Assembly (NCBI GenBank): GCA_937930175.1
Contig: CALGLP010000011.1
Location: 28,776-92,775 of the forward strand
Direction of reading: 5' to 3'
Length of the DNA stretch: 64,000 bases
DNA from: an uncultured bacterium
GTDB taxonomy: Bacteria; Omnitrophota; Gorgyraeia; Zapsychrales; Aceulaceae
Shown: positions 58,623-64,000 of the stretch, piece by piece
Layout: every line of letters begins with the position of its first letter
Position numbering within the stretch: position 1 is the first letter of the stretch
Translations under genes and position numbers: made by a program
Notes under the pieces: model-generated
Seen by the model: the letters and a program-made list of their open reading frames with translations, nothing else
Told to the model about the DNA's origin: nothing
Databases searched by the model: none

Positions 58623-60422
58623 TTACTCTTTCCTAGAAGGCCACAAATCTACCAACATCTGGCTTAAGAATTCTTTCTTTGGCAGAAAAGGATGCATCTC
58701 CTCCAACGGACGTGGAGAAAAAGTGCCACGAATATTCTCTGTAAATCCAACCCTCGGATAAACATGCTGATCCGGGGAAACCATGACGTCGCATAAAAAA
58801 GGACCAGGAGCTTTGAGTATTTGCTGTATTTTCTGAGATAATTCACGATGTCCATGAATACGAATAGCTTGAATGCCGTAAGCCTTAGCAATCTTCACAA
58901 AATCTGGCAAACTCACCCCTCCCCGAGGCCCCGATCCAACATAGCGAGACTTTAAGAATTCTTGTTGCGTATGGCGAATAGCAAGATAACCTCCATTATT
59001 AATAATAAAGATCTTTACAGGCAAACGATGATGAACAATCGTTTGTAATTCTTGAATGTTAAACTGCATACTCCCGTCACCACATAAACAGATAATCTTT
59101 TTATTCGGCTCTGCCCATGCAGCCCCAACACTTTCAGGCAAACCCGTTCCCATAGCGCAAATGCCGCTTGAAGTCGTCAACCGCTGACTGCCCTTGACCT
59201 TAAAAGCCTGGAAACTCGTAAAAAGGTTTGTTCCTCCCCCATCAACAACAATCACCTCATCCCCTCTTAACAAATCTGATAGCCTATCAACAAAAACATA
59301 GCTATTAACTTCTTTCTTTTGGGTAAAATAAGATGCTGGCACCTTATTGTATGCACGGTAATTATTAAGCTTGTCTTGCCACAAAACATCAGGGACTGGC
59401 TTGATGCTAGGGCCCTGGCATATCTTTTCTAAAAACAAGCGCACATCACACCAGACAGGATAATCAACATGAACCGTCTTAAAATCCAGTTCTCGCTTGT
59501 CGATATCAACCATCACAACCTTTGCTGCTCGAGCAAAGGACTTGAACAAAGATCCTGTTAAAGGAATGCTTAAATGAGAGCCCAAAACAATCAGCACATC
59601 ACAGTTTTGAATAGCTAAATTCGCCCCTCTTTGTCCAAAAACACCAATCCTCCCAATGTACAGCGGATGAGCTGTTGGTAAAAAATCACTCGCTGTCCAA
59701 CTAGAAACAAAAGGGATTTGATAACGACGGATAAATTCTTTAAAGACATGCTCTGCCTTAGCAAGGCGCACGCCATAACCAACCAAAACGAGAGGCCGCT
59801 TGGCTTGAGCAAGAAGTTTTTGGCAATGCGCAACCTGCTTCTTGCTCAAAGATAAAGCTTCTTTTTTCTTTGGAGGATTAAATCTTCGCAACTTCTTAGG
59901 ATCAATATCCATCCATTGAAAATTTAAAGGAATATCGATCCAAACCGGACCTGGTCGACCTGATTTTGCGATATACAAAGCCTTTTCAAGTTCATAGCGA
60001 ATATCTTTAGGGGATTGCAGCATAACAGCATGCTTAGTGATCGACTGAACAATGGGAAGAATGTCAAGCTCCTGAACGCCCAGCTGGCGCAAAGCTTTGC
60101 CACGGCTCGTATGCTCTATACGCGCTTGTCCTGAAATAAAAAGGCACGGGATAGAATCTTGCCAAGCCGCTAGAACCCCGGTCACAGCGTTTGTCCCGCC
60201 AGGACCCGTTGTAACAATCGCAGCTCCTAAGTCATTCTTGATGCGTGCATACGCAACAGCAGCTAAGGCTGCTGACTGCTCATGATGACAGAAAACGGTC
60301 TTGATACCTTTGGTCTTGCTAATCGAATCAAAGAAATGAACAACTGCCCCGCCGGTCAGGCCAAAGACGGTATCAATTCCTTGATCACGCAAGAACTCAG
60401 CAATATAGTCGGTCAGTTTCAT
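58623..60422 (-). CDS. Thiamine-diphosphate enzyme of the acetolactate-synthase-like family (carboligase), possibly flavin-binding
   Basis: N-terminal Pyr domain (GIDTVFGLTGGAV), a central domain and a C-terminal PP domain with GDGSMQFNIQELQT (GDG-x-N TPP motif); 599 aa. Confidence 0.8.
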   Translation of the reverse strand: MKLTDYIAEFLRDQGIDTVFGLTGGAVVHFFDSISKTKGIKTVFCHHEQSAALAAVAYARIKNDLGAAIVTTGPGGTNAVTGVLAAWQDSIPCLFISGQARIEHTSRGKALRQLGVQELDILPIVQSITKHAVMLQSPKDIRYELEKALYIAKSGRPGPVWIDIPLNFQWMDIDPKKLRRFNPPKKKEALSLSKKQVAHCQKLLAQAKRPLVLVGYGVRLAKAEHVFKEFIRRYQIPFVSSWTASDFLPTAHPLYIGRIGVFGQRGANLAIQNCDVLIVLGSHLSIPLTGSLFKSFARAAKVVMVDIDKRELDFKTVHVDYPVWCDVRLFLEKICQGPSIKPVPDVLWQDKLNNYRAYNKVPASYFTQKKEVNSYVFVDRLSDLLRGDEVIVVDGGGTNLFTSFQAFKVKGSQRLTTSSGICAMGTGLPESVGAAWAEPNKKIICLCGDGSMQFNIQELQTIVHHRLPVKIFIINNGGYLAIRHTQQEFLKSRYVGSGPRGGVSLPDFVKIAKAYGIQAIRIHGHRELSQKIQQILKAPGPFLCDVMVSPDQHVYPRVGFTENIRGTFSPRPLEEMHPFLPKKEFLSQMLVDLWPSRKE

Positions 60423-61166
60423 TTATTTCTTTCCCACGCCTATGGCAAACAAATAATGCGCCATCTTTGAATATCCTGTATGCACAACTTCATCATTCAT
60501 AGAAAAAATAAAACAATTCTTAAAATACTTCTGCACAAGACAACGTAGGCTTTCTTCCGTCTTTAAATTAATATGTTGACTGCTACTTCTTTTTGTTGCA
60601 TAACGTGCTGCGGCCTTGTTTGGAGTCCCAACAACCAAAACGCCTGCATCCACGAGAGCCTTGCACGTATTTTCCATAAAACCCTTTTCTTGCTTAGGCT
60701 CCAAATGTTCTAAAACATCAATATGAAAACACGCATCATATTGACCATCAATCGTCTCTCGCGAGGCATCAAGACATTGATAACTGACATTCTTGATAAA
60801 TGGATATCTCTGCGCATTACCTTTGATGTTACGTGGTTCCCAATCAATACAGTGCAGATGTCCCACGGCCTGAGCCATTATAGGAATGCCAAATCCGTCA
60901 CCGCAACCAATTTCGAGGACACGCTTTTTATCCTTGAGCATTTTAGAACAAAACTTATACCGCGACAAAACAAAACACATATGTTTTGGATCATGGATCA
61001 TGCTATACGACGTCCATGGCCCAAGCTGAACCTGTTTGGTACTAAATTGATCCTTGGTCGCTTGATTGTGCAATTTCCAAGCAAGTCTATCTTTTTTCTG
61101 CATGCCGCGTTCCCCCTTGGCTCCAATCATTCTTAGATCTCCGCAGTTTATACATGTCCCCATCAC
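60423..61166 (-). CDS. Class I SAM-dependent methyltransferase
   Basis: VLEIGCGDGFG motif I. The annotated start overlaps the upstream SDR by 80 nt; the true start is probably the internal MQKKD Met. Confidence 0.7.
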   Translation of the reverse strand: MMGTCINCGDLRMIGAKGERGMQKKDRLAWKLHNQATKDQFSTKQVQLGPWTSYSMIHDPKHMCFVLSRYKFCSKMLKDKKRVLEIGCGDGFGIPIMAQAVGHLHCIDWEPRNIKGNAQRYPFIKNVSYQCLDASRETIDGQYDACFHIDVLEHLEPKQEKGFMENTCKALVDAGVLVVGTPNKAAARYATKRSSSQHINLKTEESLRCLVQKYFKNCFIFSMNDEVVHTGYSKMAHYLFAIGVGKK

Positions 61167-61938
61167 GAGCTAATTGTCGTGTTAATTCTTCTTCACCCCA
61201 AAGATCATGAACAACAGAAAAGTTCCTCCCCCCAACAACCCTTCGTTCTTGTTTTTGCGCCCAACGAATACAGGCATAAATGTCCTCCATAGGGGTCCCC
61301 GCGTTCTTATCCTGAAGCCATTTCTGTACCTTCTGATAATTCCCCTCTGCTGCCTTTCCCGCTCTCAATGTTTCCTGATGAGTCTTTGTGCGCACAAATC
61401 CCGGACCTATAATAAAAACTTTCAAATGCGTATTTTCGTCATCCAAAAGCTCACACATCTTGATTAGCATAATCTTTCCAAGGCAATACGCAGAATAGCA
61501 TCGAAAAGGATTATTTGTTCCTCCCCCAGCTAAAAAAACAACATCGACCGTTTTCTGTTGAGCACGATAAGGATGCAGCGCGTGCAAGAGGCGCAGTTGC
61601 CCTAAGGCATTGACATGAACGGTCTTTTCCCACTTCTTAAAAGGAAGTTCAAAAAAGCGCCCGATAGGTTCGGTCGTCCCCACAGCACTAAAAAACGTAT
61701 CCCACACAAATTTATTTTTCTTGATAAATCCAACAAGCCTCCCGATGTCTTTTTCTTTCTCAACATCACAGGACAACAACATCATACCCTTAGCGCTTTC
61801 AAGCGCTTTCACTTGTTTAGAAAAATGACGATACGTTCCTAAGACACGAAACCCGTCCTCAAGATATCGACGACAAACATATGCGCCAATATCAGAACTC
61901 GCTCCCAAGACAATCACACATTTTCTTTTTTTATCCAT
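61087..61938 (-). CDS. Short-chain dehydrogenase/reductase (SDR)
   Basis: VIVLGASSDIGAY glycine-rich NAD(P) motif and catalytic YxxxK region (YSAYCLGK). Confidence 0.75.
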   Translation of the reverse strand: MDKKRKCVIVLGASSDIGAYVCRRYLEDGFRVLGTYRHFSKQVKALESAKGMMLLSCDVEKEKDIGRLVGFIKKNKFVWDTFFSAVGTTEPIGRFFELPFKKWEKTVHVNALGQLRLLHALHPYRAQQKTVDVVFLAGGGTNNPFRCYSAYCLGKIMLIKMCELLDDENTHLKVFIIGPGFVRTKTHQETLRAGKAAEGNYQKVQKWLQDKNAGTPMEDIYACIRWAQKQERRVVGGRNFSVVHDLWGEEELTRQLARDGDMYKLRRSKNDWSQGGTRHAEKR

Positions 61939-61951
61939 AACGCTTATTAAC

Positions 61952-63139
61952 CTAAATTAAAAGAAACGACTTTTTTCTTATCTGATTCGCAAAAGAAACA
62001 ATATTAGCTATGCCCTTCTTAACATCTTCGCTGTGACCGCAAATCGAAGCCCTCACGTATCCTGGACAGCCAAAGCTCGTGCCTGGAGTCACCGCCGTTC
62101 TGCGTTCTTTTAACAATGTTCGCGCGAAGCCCATATCATCCAGCCCTGTTTTACGGATATCCAAAAATAAATAAAACCCAGCTTGTGGAGCAATACATGC
62201 AAGGCTAGGGCTCTGCGCAATGATTTCAAGGCATTCTTTGGTCAATTGACCATAATGTTTTCTCGCTTTCTGCGTAAAACGATTCACTAAGGCCAAGCCT
62301 CCGCAAACCCCCATCTGAATAAAAAGAGGCAAACAAGAATAAAATGTAGACGACGATAAAACAATCTTTTCTATCACAGAAGGATCAGCAATGGCTAGCC
62401 CTATGCGAAAAGCAGGAATCGCTAGCATTTTAGAAAAAGAAGAAATAACAATCAATTTCGGATAAGGATATCCCGCTAAACTAAAATATTTTTTCTGAAA
62501 ACTTAACTCTGCATAGGTCTCATCGCTTAACAACCAGCAATGATTCTTTTCACATTGCTTGAGCAAATACGTCAACGCCTCTTTTTCATAAACTGCCCCT
62601 GTAGGATTATTACCAGAGTTAACAATAACAATTTTAGGGTGAGCCTCTAACGCCCTATCGATAGCCCGTCTTGTCAACTGAAAACCTTCTGTACTTGCCA
62701 AAGCAATCGCTCGGACAGGGAGCCTCAAATATTTTGTTGCCGCAAGATACGTAGGAAAACAAGGCACAAAAAGAGCAACCCTATCTTTTTGATCACAAAC
62801 AATATCTAATATCTGGCTGATTAAGAAATTAGCTGGGCTAATAGCAATATTAGCTTTCACTAGCTTACGAGACTTTGTCGAGAAATGGACTGCCATTTTT
62901 TCTCGTAGCTGAAGAATTCCCGCTGATGGACAATATCCCACATGGCCATCCCTCAGAGCCTTAATCGTTTTTTCAATAATGTCTACGGGGGGATCTATTT
63001 TAGGATCCCCAAGCTCTAAATGATAAACGTGGTGACCTTGGCGCTCTAAATTCTTTGCGTCTTCTAAAATTTTAAACATTTCTTGACCAACAAGGGCATC
63101 GGCACGCTTAGAAAAATCAAATTTCATTTTCTTTGTCAT
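61952..63139 (-). CDS. PLP-dependent aminotransferase, class I/II (AspAT-like fold)
   Basis: Conserved N-P-T-G-style motif region (NSGNNPTGAVY) and Lys-containing SSFSKMLA motif. Confidence 0.8.
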   Translation of the reverse strand: MTKKMKFDFSKRADALVGQEMFKILEDAKNLERQGHHVYHLELGDPKIDPPVDIIEKTIKALRDGHVGYCPSAGILQLREKMAVHFSTKSRKLVKANIAISPANFLISQILDIVCDQKDRVALFVPCFPTYLAATKYLRLPVRAIALASTEGFQLTRRAIDRALEAHPKIVIVNSGNNPTGAVYEKEALTYLLKQCEKNHCWLLSDETYAELSFQKKYFSLAGYPYPKLIVISSFSKMLAIPAFRIGLAIADPSVIEKIVLSSSTFYSCLPLFIQMGVCGGLALVNRFTQKARKHYGQLTKECLEIIAQSPSLACIAPQAGFYLFLDIRKTGLDDMGFARTLLKERRTAVTPGTSFGCPGYVRASICGHSEDVKKGIANIVSFANQIRKKSFLLI

Positions 63140-63163
63140 CCATCATCCTGTCGTAACAAGAAA

Positions 63164-64000
63164 TTAATAAGGACCCATAAAAACTGCTTCTTCTTTTTCA
63201 CAAGTCGTCTTGCCACGTTGAGACCTTCCAAGGCTCTCACAGCACGCGTCAACAATAGTTCTATAATCCGGATAAAAAGCATCTTCCAGCTTCTTTGACA
63301 CAGGAGCTGGACAATCCGGCAAGGTGATACGTCGAATCGGCCCTTTTAGGAAGGAAAAAGCTTTTTCTGCAACAGTTGCGGCCACTTCACTGGCAAAGCT
63401 ACAAGATTGCCAGCTCGTATCCACGCAAACAAGACGCCCTGTTTTTTTAACTGACTCAATAAGAGTCTTCTCATCCAGAGGCTTTAAAGAAAGGGGATCT
63501 ACAATTTCGACATCAATCCCTTCTTGGCTAAGCACCTCTGCTGCCTTCAAGGCCTCTTGTACCATAAAAGATAGCGCAACGATCGTGATGTCCCTACCCT
63601 GTCGAATAATCCTAGCCTTGCCAAAATCTACGGTATATGGCTCTTCCGGAACATCACTTTGAAGATCGTAAAGAGAACGATGCTCAAAAAGAATAACGGG
63701 TGTGTCGATCTCGAGACTTTTCAACAAAATTCCTTTTGCGGTATAAGCGTCGCTGGGCATCGCCACGAAAAGCCCCGGGATATGTGTCAAGAGAGACTGA
63801 ATGCTCTGCGAATGGGTCGGACCCTGCCCCCATCCCTTACCGATAATCGTACGCACAACAATGGGCACACTCGACTGCCCACTAAAATTATATTTCCATT
63901 TTGCCGCATTATTAATCAACTGGTCCAGCGCTAAAAACATAAAATCATTGCGCGCGTGAACAAAAATAGGCCTCTTGCCATTTAAGGCAGCACCAATCGC
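63164..64000 (-). CDS. Transketolase C-terminal-subunit-like protein (pyrimidine-binding + C-terminal domains); N-terminus beyond window end
   Basis: The frame stays open upstream of the annotated Met to the window edge (..AIGAALNGKRPIFVHARNDF-MFLALDQ..). FEHRSLYD and GKARIIRQGRDITIVAL are typical of transketolase/E1-beta C-terminal sections. Confidence 0.65.
   Translation of the reverse strand, partial: AIGAALNGKRPIFVHARNDFMFLALDQLINNAAKWKYNFSGQSSVPIVVRTIIGKGWGQGPTHSQSIQSLLTHIPGLFVAMPSDAYTAKGILLKSLEIDTPVILFEHRSLYDLQSDVPEEPYTVDFGKARIIRQGRDITIVALSFMVQEALKAAEVLSQEGIDVEIVDPLSLKPLDEKTLIESVKKTGRLVCVDTSWQSCSFASEVAATVAEKAFSFLKGPIRRITLPDCPAPVSKKLEDAFYPDYRTIVDACCESLGRSQRGKTTCEKEEAVFMGPY

Noticed and set aside
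60423-61166. 80-nt overlap between the methyltransferase and SDR genes, as a possible frameshift or fusion
   Set aside because: An internal Met (MQKKD, about 61103) with the conserved methyltransferase motif I downstream gives a normal short overlap. There is no evidence of a frameshift.
1-64000. Mobile elements, CRISPR arrays, phage or defence islands
   Set aside because: No transposase, integrase or recombinase ORFs, no repeat-spacer arrays and no terminal inverted repeats were seen. The only repeats are the 14-nt leader hairpins and the tandem paralog gene pairs.

Overview
This is a 64-kb bacterial chromosomal segment with standard genetic code, moderate GC by eye and tightly packed operons; 50 of the 57 listed CDS are on the minus strand. 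I found no rRNA, tRNA, CRISPR array, transposase or integrase. Contents from left to right: (1) A nitrogen-assimilation operon on the minus strand: a TorF/Gcw_chp-like outer-membrane barrel, amtB, glnK, a 51-codon overlapping small ORF, and type-III glutamine synthetase glnN. glnN runs off the left edge, so the ORF track omitted it; I translated it by hand. The operon is preceded by a leader of about 330 nt with a sigma70-type promoter and three copies of a 14-nt ANTAR-type hexaloop hairpin, each abutting a terminator-like stem with a U-tract. A GAF-GAF-ANTAR antiterminator gene lies directly upstream. (2) Miscellaneous genes: stand-alone receiver, DUF2148-like Cys protein, LhgO-family FAD oxidoreductase, thiolase, HAD hydrolase and a peptidoglycan-binding lipoprotein. 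(3) A 14.3-kb chemosensory operon on one strand, Frz/Wsp-like: GspE/PilB-family ATPase fused to a C-terminal receiver, CheR-TPR, two CheW, MCP, CheA-REC, CheY, CheB, a 1104-aa multi-PAS histidine kinase and three single-domain receivers. (4) A glycogen/maltodextrin cluster: MalQ, GH57, GlgB and a ROK glucokinase. (5) A polyphosphate operon: Ppx/GppA-HD, PPK1, a CHAD protein and a metallophosphoesterase-HD fusion. (6) An envelope glycosylation locus with three tandem-duplicated membrane-protein modules: (YfhO-like GT-C + TPR protein) x2, large polytopic protein x2 and small membrane protein x2. It also holds two GT2 enzymes, a B12-radical SAM enzyme and a sugar-tailoring set (ALS-like TPP enzyme, methyltransferase, SDR, aminotransferase, transketolase C-terminal subunit) that runs off the right edge. 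All calls rest on reading the sequence and translated ORFs; I ran no database search.
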